Origin: an uncultured Thermoleophilaceae bacterium
GTDB lineage: Bacteria > Actinomycetota > Thermoleophilia > Solirubrobacterales > Thermoleophilaceae
Direction of reading: 5' to 3'
NCBI GenBank assembly: GCA_963825775.1
Contig: CAWGUV010000010.1
Coordinates: 43,144 to 107,143 of the forward strand
DNA: 64,000 nt
Shown here: piece by piece, positions 1 through 10,737 of the stretch
Layout of the letters: the number at the start of each line of letters is the position of its first letter
Position numbering within the stretch: position 1 is the first letter of the stretch
Program-made: the position numbers and the translations under genes
The notes under the pieces: model-generated
Told to the model about the DNA's origin: nothing
Database searches by the model: none
Seen by the model: the letters and a program-made list of their open reading frames with translations, nothing else

Positions 1-732
<732 letters not shown>

Positions 733-758
733 ACGCGGCCAACCTTACCACGGTTGTG

Positions 759-1320
759 TCAAGGTTTGCGCTCGTATGTGAGCAGCACCACGCCGCCGCT
801 GGTGGTCCTCGAATCGGCGAGGTGGAGCCTTCTCGGCCCACCCTGGTCCTTGAACAGGCGCGGGCCGCTGCCCTCCAGCGCGGGGTAGACCTCGAGATGC
901 ATCTCGTCGAGCACGATCCGCCTGCAGCAGCGCTTCGACGAGCGTGGGGCTCCCGTGTACGCCGAGGGGCCCACCGGGCTGCTGCTTCAGCTCGTTCACC
1001 GCGTCGGCGAGGTCGCCCTTGATCAGCGTCGCGTCGTCGTGGTCCGGCCACGGGGCGGCGTCGAGCGATCGCGAGACCACGTACTTGGGCACGTTGTTGA
1101 TGTGGCTGGCGAACGGCTCACTGTCCGAAGTGGGCCAGTGGTCCGCCCACTCCTCGTAGGTCACGCGACCGAGCAGCATCGCGTCCTCCTCGGCGACTCG
1201 GCCGAAGAAGTCGTCCAGGACCTCCGGGGTGTCACGCAGCTCGACGATGTGCTCCATGGCGGCATCGACGACGGCGACGCCATCCAGCGTCATGAAGGTG
1301 TGGGAGACGACCTTCCTCAT
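759..1320 (-). pseudogene. Dihydrofolate reductase-like (RibD C-terminal domain) family protein, one frame break near nt 915-925
   Basis: N-terminal part MRKVVSHTFMTLDGV...GRVTYEEWADHWP...PKYVVSRSL...LGVHGSPTLVEALLQA comes from ORF 745..1320. The C-terminal part VLDEMHLEVYPALEGSGPRLF...VVLLTYERKP comes from ORF 759..974 in another frame. Confidence 0.7.
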
Positions 1321-1381
1321 GGCATGTCCTCAAATTCGGGGTTACTGGTGCATCGAACGGCGATCGCCAGGATCGACATCG

Positions 1382-2365
1382 TCAGAGGCGCGACTTGAAA
1401 CCCTCGATCGCCTGCACCGGCGTCGCCTCCACCCCGGCCAGCTCCGCCAGGCGCACGCTCACGAGGTCGCCGAGCATCACCAGCGAGAGCACGCGCGCCA
1501 CCGGCGTGTCGCCGCGCGCGGCCACACGGGCCACGGGGGCGCCCAGGCCCGCGAGCACGTCCGCGTACACCTCGGTGCGGCGCTTGATCCGCGTCGTGGG
1601 CGTCCGGGTCCTCCAGGAACACCGCCGCCAGCGAGCCCAGCTCGCGGCCGTGCTCCCAGCCCTCGATCTCGTTGTGGTTGGCCTCGGGAAGCTCGCTCGC
1701 GAAGGCCGCCACCTTGGCGTTCTCGTTGATCTGGGTCTTCCAGCGGCGAGCGGCCGGCGCGGTGAGCCCCGCCCCATGCACCACCGGGATCGTGTTGAGC
1801 AGCGCGCCCGCGACACCGGACGGGCTCGGGATCGTCGGCCAGCGCCGGACAGCACCTCCTCACTGCCCTCGAGCTCATCCTTGAGCGAGGGCCCGGCCCC
1901 GCAGAGCGCCGCGCACTCCAGCGCGGCGACGGTCATGTAGACGACGGCCGCGCGCGGCTGCATGCCCGACGGCACGCCGATCACGGGCACCTCCGCCTCA
2001 CGAGCCCGCTCGGCAAGCGCCCCACCGGTGGTGAGCACGACGCGCTGGGCGCCGGCCGCGCCCACGGCGTCGAAGCACGCCAGCGTCTCCTCGGTGGAGC
2101 CCGAGTAGGACGCGCACAGCACCAGCGTGTCGGAGGCGAGCGAGGGCCCCGGCGTGTACCCGCGCGCCACGCGCAGCGGCGCGGTGGCGCGGTCGCCGAT
2201 CGCCGCAGCCGCGAGGTCGCCGCCGATCGCCGAGCCGCCCATGCCGCACACCAGCAGGCCGCCGGAGCGCTCGGTAGCGGGGATCGACGCGGCCTCGACG
2301 CGCCACAGCGCGTCGCCGATCTGCGCGGGCTGGGCGAGCACGTCGGCGAGCATCGGATCGCTCAT
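1382..2365 (-). pseudogene. Bifunctional phosphoglucose/phosphomannose isomerase (SIS domain), two frame breaks (~1595, ~1840)
   Basis: MSDPMLADVLAQPAQIGDALW...LLVCGMGGSAIGGDL...VLCASYSGSTEETLACF is in one frame. RRWKTQINENAKVAAFASELPEANHNEIEGWE is in a second frame (ORF 1317..1784). The reading then returns to the first frame for RIKRRTEVYADVLAGLG...IEGFKSRL. The start overlaps the manC stop (ATGA at 2362-2365). Confidence 0.75.
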
Positions 2366-3396
2366 GCGAGCACCTTGCCCGGTTCCACCCTGGCGCCGGC
2401 CTCCACCACCACTCCGTCGCCGATCCTTGCGTCCGAGCCGACGATCGCGCCGGGGTCCACCCGCGCTCCGTTGCCGACGCGCGACTCCGCGCGCCAGCAC
2501 CGCCTCCCGGATCGTGCAGTCGGAGCCGACGATCACCCGATCGTGAAGCACCGAGCGCTCCACCGCGGAGTCGCTGCCCACCGCGCAGTGGGCGCCGAGC
2601 ACCGACTGCGGGCCGATGTGCGCCCCGCTGGTGAGACAGCCCTCTCCGATCAGCGAGCCCGTCACGTCGCGTGGCGGCAGCGTGGATCCGATCCGGCCGG
2701 CGAGCAGGTCGTAGGTCGCCTCGAGGTAGCGCTCGGGAGTGCCGATGTCGATCCAGTACCCGGACGCCGTCGAAGCCGTAAAGGCCGCCGCCCTCCACCA
2801 GCCGGGGAAACACCTCGCGCTCGAACGACACGGCGCGGCCGGGCTCGATCGCCTCGACCACGGAGCGCTCCAGCACGTAGGCGCCCGCGTTGATGCGGTT
2901 CGTGGGCGCCGGGCCGTCGGACTTCTCGAGGAACGCCTCCACCCTGCCGTCCTCGGCCGTGGGCACCACGCCGAAGCTGGATGTGTCCTCCACCTCGATC
3001 AGCGCCAGCGTGGCGCGTGCGCCCGGTCTCCTCGTGCCGGGCGAGCTGGGCGGTGATGTCCATGTCGTTGAGCACGTCGCCGTTCAGCACGAACAGGCGC
3101 TCCTGCAGCAGGCCCTCGTCCAGGGCCAGGCGCACCGGCCCGGCCGTGCCGAGCGGCTCCTCCTCGATCACGTAGCGCAGCCGCATCCCGGCGTGGATGT
3201 CGCCCAGCACCTCGCGCACGCCGTCGGACATGAAGCCGCAGGAGAGGATCACCTCGTCCACGCCGTGGGAGGCGACCCAGTCGAGCATGAACGTGAGGAA
3301 GGGCCGCCCCGCGAGCGGAATCACCGGCTTGGGCGTGGTGAGGGTGAGCGGCCGCAGCCGCGTCCCCTCGCCGCCGGCGAGGACGAGCGCCTGCAT
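2362..3396 (-). pseudogene. manC: Mannose-1-phosphate guanylyltransferase (NTP-transferase + left-handed beta-helix), three frame breaks (~2475, ~2770, ~3015)
   Basis: MQALVLAGGEGTRLRPLTLTTPKPVIPLAGRPF...EEEPLGTAGP (ORF 2662..3396) continues as EDTSSFGVVPTAEDGRVEAFLEKSDGPAPTNRINAGAYVLE (ORF 1998..2993 frame). It then runs GYWIDIGTPERYLEATYDLL...VTGSLIGEGC... and ends with the hand-translated tail VGNGARVDPGAIVGSDARIGDGVVVEAGARVEPGKVLA*. Confidence 0.8.
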
Positions 3397-3399
3397 GCG

Positions 3400-4680
3400 C
3401 TACCTGCCGATGCCCTCGTAGGTGAAGCCCGCCTCGCGCAGACCCTCGCGGTCGAGGAAGTTGCGGCCGTCGACCACGATCGGCTGGGCCATCCGGCCCT
3501 TCACGTCACCCGCCCAGTCCAGCTCGGCGAACTCGGGCCACTCGGTGACCAGCACGGCGGCGTCGGCGCCGTCGAGGGCCTCCTCGGCCGACTCGCAGAT
3601 CACGGCGCTGCCGAGCATCTCGCTCGCGCCGACGGCGGCCACCGGGTCGTACACCCGCACGTGCGCGCCCTCGCCCTGCAACCGCGCGGCCAGCACGAGG
3701 CTCGTGGCCTCGCGGATGTCGTCGGTGTCCGGCTTGAAGGCCACCCCGAGCAGGGCGATCTCCTTGCCGACCAGCGAGCCGAGGTGCTTCTGCAGCTTGC
3801 CCACGGCCCGGCGCTTCTGAAGGTCGTTCACCTCGATCACCGACGTGAGCAGCTGGAACGCGTAGCCCGAGTTGCCCGCGAGCTGCTTGAGCGCGCTCAC
3901 GTCCTTCGGGAAGCAGCTCCCGCCGAAGCCCAGGCCGGCCTGCAGGAACTTCGGGCCGATGCGGTCGTCGAGGCCCATGCCGCGCGCCACCTCGTTCACG
4001 TCCGCGCCCAGCTCCTCGGACACGTTCGCGATCTCGTTGATGAACGAGATCTTGGTGGCCAGGAACGCGTTCGACGCCAGCTTCACCATCTCCGCGCTGG
4101 CGACGTCGGTGCGCACGATCGGCCCGCCGAGGGGCTCGTAGAGCGCCGCCACGCGGTCGGCGAACGCCCCGGAGTGCTCGTCGGCGCCGACCACCACGCG
4201 GTCGGGGTGCATGAAGTCCTTGATCGCCGAGCCCTCCTTGAGGAACTCGGGGTTCGACACGTAGCCGAGGCCCTCGCGCTTGCGCTGGATCGACCGGCCG
4301 GTGCCCACCGGCACGGTGCTCTTCATCACGATCGCGTGCTCGGAGGAGTCGCCCAGCTCGTCGATCACGGCCTCCACGCGCGAGAGGTCGGCGTCGCCCG
4401 AGTAGGTGGGCGGCGTGTCCACGCAGCAGAACAGCAGCCGGGTGCGGTCCAGCACCTCGGCCATGTCGGTGGTGAAGGTGAGCCGATCGGCGTTCTTGCT
4501 CACCAGCTCGGGCAGGCCGGGCTCGTGCATGGGCACCTCGCCGCGGGAGAGGGACTCGACCTTCTCGGGGAGGATGTCGCGGGCCACCACCTCGTGTCCG
4601 AGCTCGGCGAAGCAGGCGGCCGTGCACAGACCGACCCAGCCGACGCCTATCACCCCGATGGGTTCTTTCTCCGTGCCCAT
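3400..4680 (-). CDS. ugd: UDP-glucose 6-dehydrogenase
   Basis: Intact 426 aa ORF. It has the Rossmann start IGVIGVGWVGLCTAACFA, the catalytic region GFGGSCFPKDV, and NPEFLKEGSAIKDF and AFKPDTDDIREA motifs. Confidence 0.92.
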   Translation of the reverse strand: MGTEKEPIGVIGVGWVGLCTAACFAELGHEVVARDILPEKVESLSRGEVPMHEPGLPELVSKNADRLTFTTDMAEVLDRTRLLFCCVDTPPTYSGDADLSRVEAVIDELGDSSEHAIVMKSTVPVGTGRSIQRKREGLGYVSNPEFLKEGSAIKDFMHPDRVVVGADEHSGAFADRVAALYEPLGGPIVRTDVASAEMVKLASNAFLATKISFINEIANVSEELGADVNEVARGMGLDDRIGPKFLQAGLGFGGSCFPKDVSALKQLAGNSGYAFQLLTSVIEVNDLQKRRAVGKLQKHLGSLVGKEIALLGVAFKPDTDDIREATSLVLAARLQGEGAHVRVYDPVAAVGASEMLGSAVICESAEEALDGADAAVLVTEWPEFAELDWAGDVKGRMAQPIVVDGRNFLDREGLREAGFTYEGIGR

Positions 4681-4693
4681 GAGCGCCGTGAGG

Positions 4694-6184
4694 TTAGGGG
4701 AGTCGCGTCGAGCGGGCGATGGCGAGCATCTGGCGCTCGGTGAGCGTCTGCAGCAGGGTGTTCGAGACCCAGTAGACGGCCTTGTTCGTCCGCCACGCGA
4801 CCAGCCGCAGGCGGTCGCCGTCGTAATGCAGCTCGAAGGTCCGCTTGCCCATCTTCTTCTTGTCGAACTTGTCGGCCAGGATCGGCGGGTCCTTCCAGGT
4901 GGTGCCCTGGATCCCGTAGTACTCGCCCACGAGCCCGCGCTTGGCCACCATCCGGTAGCTCTTGTGGCGCTCGCCGTTGCGGGTCACGATCTTGTAGTAG
5001 CGCGGCGGCCCGGTGAAGAGCGAGTTCTTCACGCGCACCGTCGGGAAGTAGACGGGCAGCTGGCCGCCGGCGCCCTGCTGGATCGCCTGGATCGCCTGGT
5101 CGTTGCCCAGGTTGAACGCCTTCTCCAGGCCACCGTCGCCCTGCTCCTTGCGGGCGCGCTTGCGGTTGCGCTTGTCCTTTGGCAGCAGCTCGCCGCGCGG
5201 GCCCTGAGTCTCCTCGACGCCCAGGAACTGGCGGGTGAGCTTCTTGACGCCGGCGCTGCTGGCGGTCACGTAGCTCGGCGCGCCCGTGCTGATGTCGCCG
5301 CCGGTGATCTGGCCCTCGAAGTGCACCTCGCGGATCGGCTGGTCGACGGAGAAGACCGCGAGCTTGAGCAGGGTCAGGATCTCGCCTCGATCCTTCAGGC
5401 CGGCGTCCGAGCTCGTGTACTTGCCGAAGATCCTCAGCAGCTTCGCGCGGTCCTTCACGAGGTTGCCCACGCCCACCTGCTGCTTGGCCGCGCGCAGGAG
5501 GTCCTGCTGGCGGATGCCTCGCACGAGGTCGGAGTCCTCGTGGCGGAAGCGCGCGTACTCCAGCGCCTCCTCGCCGCACATCTTCTGGTAGCCGGCGGGC
5601 ACGTCGATGTACGCGTAGCCGGGGCTGTCGTTGAAGTAGCGGCGGTCGATGTCGGCGTAGATGCAGCCCAACGCGTCGATCGCCTTGCGGAAGCCCTGGA
5701 AGTCCACGTTGATCACGTGGTTGATCGAAAGCCCGGTCGTCGCCTTGACCGTCTTGAGCGTGAGCGCGGGACCGCCGAGCTCGTAGGCGGCGTTGATCTT
5801 GTCGGTGCCGTGACCTGGGATCTGGACCTTCAGGTCACGCGGCAACGACATCAACGCGGTTGCCTGCTTGTCGGGGTCCAAACGCACGAGGATGATCGTG
5901 TCCGAGCGCCCGCCCGTGCCTGCGCCGCCGTCCTTCGCGTTCTTCGGCCGCTTGTCGGAGCCCAGCAGCATGATCGTCTGAGGATCGCCGGGATCGGTGT
6001 CGGCGATGTCGGTCTCGACGCCCTTGATGCTCGGCGTGTCGTCGATCGCCTCGACGATGTTGTCGACCTCCCGGAACGCCGCGACCGAGGTCGCGCCGGC
6101 GGTTGCGAACAACACCAGGAGGGCGCCGATCAGCCAGCGCTTCCAGAGCGACGGGCGGGGGATGTCCTCGAAGGAGGGATTCAC
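4694..6184 (-). CDS. LytR-CpsA-Psr (LCP) family glycopolymer-peptidoglycan ligase with N-terminal TM anchor and long C-terminal domain
   Basis: TM segment WLIGALLVLFATAG, and an LCP core DTIILVRLDPDKQATALMSLPRDLKVQIPGHGTDKINAAYELGGPALTLKTVKATTGLSINHVINVDFQGF. The start is placed at GTG 6184, which forms a GTGA overlap with the upstream stop. The ORF is open to 6283. Confidence 0.85.
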   Translation of the reverse strand: MNPSFEDIPRPSLWKRWLIGALLVLFATAGATSVAAFREVDNIVEAIDDTPSIKGVETDIADTDPGDPQTIMLLGSDKRPKNAKDGGAGTGGRSDTIILVRLDPDKQATALMSLPRDLKVQIPGHGTDKINAAYELGGPALTLKTVKATTGLSINHVINVDFQGFRKAIDALGCIYADIDRRYFNDSPGYAYIDVPAGYQKMCGEEALEYARFRHEDSDLVRGIRQQDLLRAAKQQVGVGNLVKDRAKLLRIFGKYTSSDAGLKDRGEILTLLKLAVFSVDQPIREVHFEGQITGGDISTGAPSYVTASSAGVKKLTRQFLGVEETQGPRGELLPKDKRNRKRARKEQGDGGLEKAFNLGNDQAIQAIQQGAGGQLPVYFPTVRVKNSLFTGPPRYYKIVTRNGERHKSYRMVAKRGLVGEYYGIQGTTWKDPPILADKFDKKKMGKRTFELHYDGDRLRLVAWRTNKAVYWVSNTLLQTLTERQMLAIARSTRLP

Positions 6185-7302
6185 GCGATCTTCAGATCCG
6201 GCTTGCCGGCGGCGGCAGGGATCAGGTTGACGAATTCGACCAGCGCCCGGCGATATTCGTCGAGCGACCGGATCGAAACCCATTCGTCAGGCCCGTGGTG
6301 ACCATCCCCCGTCGGGCCGAACTCAACACCCGGGATGCCGGCGTTGAGGAATGAGATGACGTCGGACGTGCCGTCGCGGCCAACCGCGATGCTCGACTCC
6401 ACCGGGCTCACCTTCGACACCGCCTCGGCCAGAACCTGCACGTAGGGCTCGTCGCGCGAGACCACGATCGGATCGCGGTGGAAGACCTTGGTGACCTCGG
6501 TGTCGCGCTGCTCCGCCACCGCGGCGATGATCTCGTCCGGGTCCTGGCCCGGCAGGTAGCGAATGTCGAGGTCGATGGTGCACGAGTCCGGCACGCGGTT
6601 CACCGCGTCGCCCCCGACGATCTTGCCCAGGCTGATCGAGGGCCGGTCGAACAGGTCGGAGGACTCGCGCGCGAACGGCAGCGACTCGATGCTGCGGAAG
6701 GCGTCGACCGCCTTCACCACCGCGTTGTCGCCCAGCCACGGCGTGGAGCCGTGCGCCGAGCGCCCGGACACGAGCAGGCGCAGCACCAGCACGCCCTTCG
6801 CCTGGACGCCGATGTGCAGGTCGGTGGGCTCGCCGGTGATGGCGAAGTCGCCGATGTAGCCCTTCTCGACCAGGAAGTCCGAGGCGCGCTGCTCCTGCTC
6901 GTCGGACTCCTCGTCGCAGACGACCACGAAGTGCACCTTCACCGCCTCCTGGGAGGCGAGGTCGCGAACCGCGCACATCATCGACGCGAGGCCGCCCTTC
7001 ATGTCGTAGGCGCCGCGGCCGATCAGCTTGTCGCCGTCCACCCGCGGCTCGTACTGCGTGGGGTTCGCGGGCACGACGTCGAGGTGGCCGTGCAGCACGA
7101 CGGTGGGTCCGGAGGCGGCGCCAACCGTCGCGGCCAGAACCGGCCGGCCGTTGTGCGTCTCGCCCTTCACCCCGACGTCGCGGGCCTCCAGCCATCCGTA
7201 GACGAAGGCGGCCGCGGCCTGCATGCCCTCGAGGGTGGAGGTGTCGTAGGTGATCAGGCGCTCGGTGAGAGCGCGCTCATCCACTCGGGGCAGGATAGAC
7301 AC
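6181..7302 (-). CDS. M20 family metallopeptidase (ArgE/DapE-like)
   Basis: 373 aa with VVLHGHLDVVPA, GRGAYDMKGG, the CDEESDE metal-ligand region and a C-terminal GPDEWVSI motif. GTG start at 7302. Confidence 0.85.
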   Translation of the reverse strand: MSILPRVDERALTERLITYDTSTLEGMQAAAAFVYGWLEARDVGVKGETHNGRPVLAATVGAASGPTVVLHGHLDVVPANPTQYEPRVDGDKLIGRGAYDMKGGLASMMCAVRDLASQEAVKVHFVVVCDEESDEQEQRASDFLVEKGYIGDFAITGEPTDLHIGVQAKGVLVLRLLVSGRSAHGSTPWLGDNAVVKAVDAFRSIESLPFARESSDLFDRPSISLGKIVGGDAVNRVPDSCTIDLDIRYLPGQDPDEIIAAVAEQRDTEVTKVFHRDPIVVSRDEPYVQVLAEAVSKVSPVESSIAVGRDGTSDVISFLNAGIPGVEFGPTGDGHHGPDEWVSIRSLDEYRRALVEFVNLIPAAAGKPDLKIA

Positions 7303-8851
7303 AGAAGAGCCGGGCAGAGGCAGAAGCCCCGATCACCTCCTGCGGCCGCGTGCGGCGGTCGCGCCGCCCGATCAGCGTGCGGTCGACGAAGCGGTTCGTG
7401 ACCACGAAGGGGTCGGGGCGCCGCACCCAGGCGATCGTCTCGGCCACCGAGCCGATCCTCGCGCGCGGGTCCAGGCGCACCCTGAAGCGCCTGCGCGCCG
7501 GCGTGCCGCGCAGGCGCCGCACCGTGAACCGCACCTGGCGACCGTCCGGCAGCTGGACGTCAACGGGCACGTTGCGCGCGCCGCCACCGGAGTTGAGCCC
7601 GACGAGGACATCGATGGCCACGCGCCTCCCCGGTCGCGCCGTCTCGAACCCGTCGTCCACCTGCACGCCGATATCCACGCGACCGGCCGGCTTTCGCTGG
7701 CGCTTCACCGCGCGACGGCTCACCGGCCTCAGCGCGGCACGGTCGATCGACAGCACGTCGATGCCGCGCTCGTGGTCGATCGCGTACACCACCGACGCGT
7801 CCCCCGGAGCAAACAGCGCCGCCCAGAACATCGACCGCCGCGGCACGTGGAACCCCACCTGGCGAATCCGGCGCGGGTCGCGCACGTCGAGCAGGCGCAG
7901 CCCTGCCTCGTAGAAGCCGGCTGCCACGAGCCCGTCGCGGTGGTCGAAGTAGTGGGCCGAGCAGGCCAGGCGCAGCCGGTCGTCGCGCTCCACCGCGAAC
8001 CGGTCCAACGGGCGCGCGGTGCGCCCGGCGATGCGCCACGTCTGGAACGAGCCCGCTCGCCTGCAGCCGTCGCCGAAGTCCTCCTCGGTGACCAGCAGCG
8101 TGTCGTCGGACACGCGCAGCGAGTTGTGGTGGATGAAGTCGTTGTAGGGCCCGAGCGCGCCGCTGCGGTTCGTGCGCGTGACCAGGCGCGGCTTCGCGGG
8201 GTTGGTGGTGTCGTAGGCGGCGGTGCCGTTGCCCCCGGCCACCCAGGCCAGCCCGCGGGAGTCCACCTGCACGTCGTGGCTCGACAGGCCCGTCGCGGCG
8301 GCGGCGCGCACGCGACCCGCGAAGCGCGGGTTGGCCGGGTCGCGCAGATCCACAACCTCGATGCCGTCGGGCGAGCCGGCCAGCCACGCGTAGCGGCAGC
8401 CCTGGATGCAGGAGGCCGTGTGGCCGATGCCCCCGCGCCCGCGGCGGCGGGCGCGCCCCGGGCTCTCGCTGAGCAACCCTGGAGCCCAGGTGGAATAGGT
8501 GGACAGCAGGCGCGGCCTGCGCGGATCGCGAACGTCGATCACCTGGAGGACGCCGCGACCGCCGTAGGGATCGTCTGACAGGAGCAGGATGCCGTTGCCC
8601 ACGTCCACGTCCTCGTTCTGCACGTTGGGCAGGTCGAGCCGGCCGATGCGGACCGGCGCGCGGGCGTTCGAGATGTCGTAGATCGAGATGCCCGAGGTGC
8701 CCGAGGTGTAGAGGAGGTTGCCCTGGGCCCGGGCCGAGACGATGCCCGGCTCGGGGATGGTTGTGGTGGTGGTGATCCCTGCGGACGCTTGTGCAGCCGC
8801 CGGCGTTGCCAGGAGGGCTAGTAAGGGGAGGATCAGGAGCCGCTTCATCAA
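7277..8851 (-). CDS. Secreted LVIVD-repeat (beta-propeller) protein
   Basis: Signal peptide MMKRLLILPLLALLATPAAAQA. Repeated hhhhD-x-x-x-P-x-x-P units: ISIYDISNARAPVRIG, LQVIDVRDPRRPRLL, IEVVDLRDPANPRFAG, LRLLDVRDPRRIRQVG. Confidence 0.65.
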   Translation of the reverse strand: MMKRLLILPLLALLATPAAAQASAGITTTTTIPEPGIVSARAQGNLLYTSGTSGISIYDISNARAPVRIGRLDLPNVQNEDVDVGNGILLLSDDPYGGRGVLQVIDVRDPRRPRLLSTYSTWAPGLLSESPGRARRRGRGGIGHTASCIQGCRYAWLAGSPDGIEVVDLRDPANPRFAGRVRAAAATGLSSHDVQVDSRGLAWVAGGNGTAAYDTTNPAKPRLVTRTNRSGALGPYNDFIHHNSLRVSDDTLLVTEEDFGDGCRRAGSFQTWRIAGRTARPLDRFAVERDDRLRLACSAHYFDHRDGLVAAGFYEAGLRLLDVRDPRRIRQVGFHVPRRSMFWAALFAPGDASVVYAIDHERGIDVLSIDRAALRPVSRRAVKRQRKPAGRVDIGVQVDDGFETARPGRRVAIDVLVGLNSGGGARNVPVDVQLPDGRQVRFTVRRLRGTPARRRFRVRLDPRARIGSVAETIAWVRRPDPFVVTNRFVDRTLIGRRDRRTRPQEVIGASASARLFCVYPAPSG

Positions 8852-8872
8852 TCTTTTGGCGCCTGAACGGGG

Positions 8873-10039
8873 CTATGACCCCGTTGATTCGCCACTCGAT
8901 CGCTCGAACGTCTCGATCACGCGCCGGATGCCCGCTTGGAGGCGCTCCAGGTCGTCCACCGCCACCCGCTCGTCCACCGCGTGCGCCAGCTCCAGACCGG
9001 GCGTTCCGACCATCACGCACGGTATGCCGCGCTCGCAGAAGAGGCGCATGTCCGCACCGTAGGGCACCCCGATCGGCTGTGCTCCGGGGAAGGCGGCGAG
9101 CACCAGCTGGGTGAAGGGATGATCCGCGGCGGTCTCGCCCGGGGCGAAGCGCGCGCCGTCGAAGCGCAGGTCCACCGGCAGGTCCGACAGGGCGGCCCGC
9201 AGTGCCGCCGCGGCATCCTCCAGCGACTCGCCGACCCTCACCCCTAACCGCCCCTCGAACCGAGCCCGGTCCGGTACCGAGCTCGACCACTCACCGGCAT
9301 TCAGCCGACCCACCGAGATCGGGTACGGCAGGTCCAGCTCCGCCAGCAGGGGGTTCGCCACGTCGGCGTTCACCTCCCGCTCGTGCTCCGCGAGCGCTCG
9401 ATGGACCTCGATGTACGCATCGATCGCCGACACGCCCTCGAGCCGCAGCGCGGCGTGGGCGCCGCGCCCGTGCACCTCGCCGCTGAAGGTGAGCGCGCCG
9501 GCCTGTGCGCAGACCACGTCGAAGCCCGTCGGTTCGGTGATCAGGCAGGCGTCGAAGCGATCGTCCGCCTCCAACGCGGCGAAGGTGCCCAGCCCGCCGT
9601 CCTCCTCACTGCCCACCGCCTGGAGCACGATCTCGCAACCGGGCTCCTCGACCGAGGCCAGGGCGTGCAGCGCCGCCACCACCGCGCCCTTCATGTCCAC
9701 CGACCCACGGCCGTGGAGGTACCCGTCCTCCATGGCCCCCGACCACGGGCCCAGCCGCCACTCCTCGCCCCCCGGCGCCACCACGTCGAGATGGCCGTTC
9801 AGGCACAGCCGCGGCGCGCCCAGCGGCCCCGGCCGCGTAACCGTCACGCCGACGAGCTCGTCCCGGGACGCCTCCTCACCTGGGTATGACGGGTGCGCGC
9901 GGAGCGCGTCGAGGTCGTGCACCGAGACCTCCGCTCGGAGGCCGAGCCCGTCCGCGATCTCCACCAGCCTCTCCATCACAGCCCGCTCGTCCCCCGTCAC
10001 CGATGGGATCTGGACGAGTGAGGCTGCGTCCCTGATCAA
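8873..10039 (-). CDS. M20 family peptidase / ArgE-DapE type deacylase
   Basis: 388 aa with LCLNGHLDVVAPG, GRGSVDMKGAVVA, GSEEDGGLG and HAVDERVAVDDL. TTG start forms a TTGA overlap with the upstream gene's stop. Confidence 0.85.
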   Translation of the reverse strand: MIRDAASLVQIPSVTGDERAVMERLVEIADGLGLRAEVSVHDLDALRAHPSYPGEEASRDELVGVTVTRPGPLGAPRLCLNGHLDVVAPGGEEWRLGPWSGAMEDGYLHGRGSVDMKGAVVAALHALASVEEPGCEIVLQAVGSEEDGGLGTFAALEADDRFDACLITEPTGFDVVCAQAGALTFSGEVHGRGAHAALRLEGVSAIDAYIEVHRALAEHEREVNADVANPLLAELDLPYPISVGRLNAGEWSSSVPDRARFEGRLGVRVGESLEDAAAALRAALSDLPVDLRFDGARFAPGETAADHPFTQLVLAAFPGAQPIGVPYGADMRLFCERGIPCVMVGTPGLELAHAVDERVAVDDLERLQAGIRRVIETFERSSGESTGS

Positions 10040-10737
10040 GTGGGCTTCGTGGCCCCGTAGCGCTTCCAGTGGCGCTCGGGGATGTCCTCACGGCGCTTGT
10101 ACCAGTACCAAGTGCAGGGATCGGTGGAGTAGTCCTCGGGCGGGTCGGATGGATAGACCGGATAGCCCGACCACTGGATCGGCATCGACTCGTTCATGAA
10201 CGAGCAGTGGGTGCAGTAGAGCGGGAAGTCCTTGCGGCCGTAGGACCAGTCGTGCGCCTCGTTCGTGGTCCCGTAGCCGTTCTTCTCGTACAGGCCCTTG
10301 CGCACCAGCCGCTGCCCGGACCCGCACGGGTTCATCGTGAAGGTGATCTTCTCGTCGTCCTCGGTGATCGTGAACGAGCCGGGATGGTCGCCCACACCGG
10401 AGCCGGAGTGCGCGCGCCAGGTCGCGGCCAGCAGGTCCACGATCTGACGCCGATCGAGCGCCTCGATGGCCGAGTGGTGGCGCTTCCAGCCCTGCTCGCA
10501 GTTCACCTCCCACGCCTCGGCGACGCCCTCGTCACCCAGCTTGTCCTGCACGAACGTGATCAGGCCGAGGATCGACTCGGCCATCAGGTCATGGAGCATC
10601 AGCCACTCGTGCTTCATCTCGCCGCAGAGGCGCTTGGCGGTCTCGAGGTCGCCGGCCTCGATCGCCTCGATTGCACGATCCATCGTGGGCCGCGACATCT
10701 CGGCCAGCTCGTCGGCGTCGAACCAGCGGTCCGTCAC
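10036..10737 (-). CDS. Hypothetical Cys/Trp-rich protein (unknown function)
   Basis: 233 aa from GTG 10737 (GTGA overlap with the GT4 stop). It has non-biased composition and Cys motifs NPCGSGQ, YCTHCSF and DPCTWYW. No family was recognised by eye. The annotated ORF 10036..11466 extends further in an Arg/Gly-rich, non-coding-looking region. Confidence 0.6.
   Translation of the reverse strand: MTDRWFDADELAEMSRPTMDRAIEAIEAGDLETAKRLCGEMKHEWLMLHDLMAESILGLITFVQDKLGDEGVAEAWEVNCEQGWKRHHSAIEALDRRQIVDLLAATWRAHSGSGVGDHPGSFTITEDDEKITFTMNPCGSGQRLVRKGLYEKNGYGTTNEAHDWSYGRKDFPLYCTHCSFMNESMPIQWSGYPVYPSDPPEDYSTDPCTWYWYKRREDIPERHWKRYGATKPT

Noticed and set aside
2890-4743. 617-aa plus-strand ORF, and similar ORFs at 4406..6301 and 3506..4627
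   Set aside because: These are antisense or out-of-frame shadows of ugd and the LCP gene. They have Arg/Ala/Gly/His/Leu-dominated composition typical of non-coding frames in ~70% GC DNA and no recognisable motifs. The opposite-strand genes, by contrast, carry textbook motifs.
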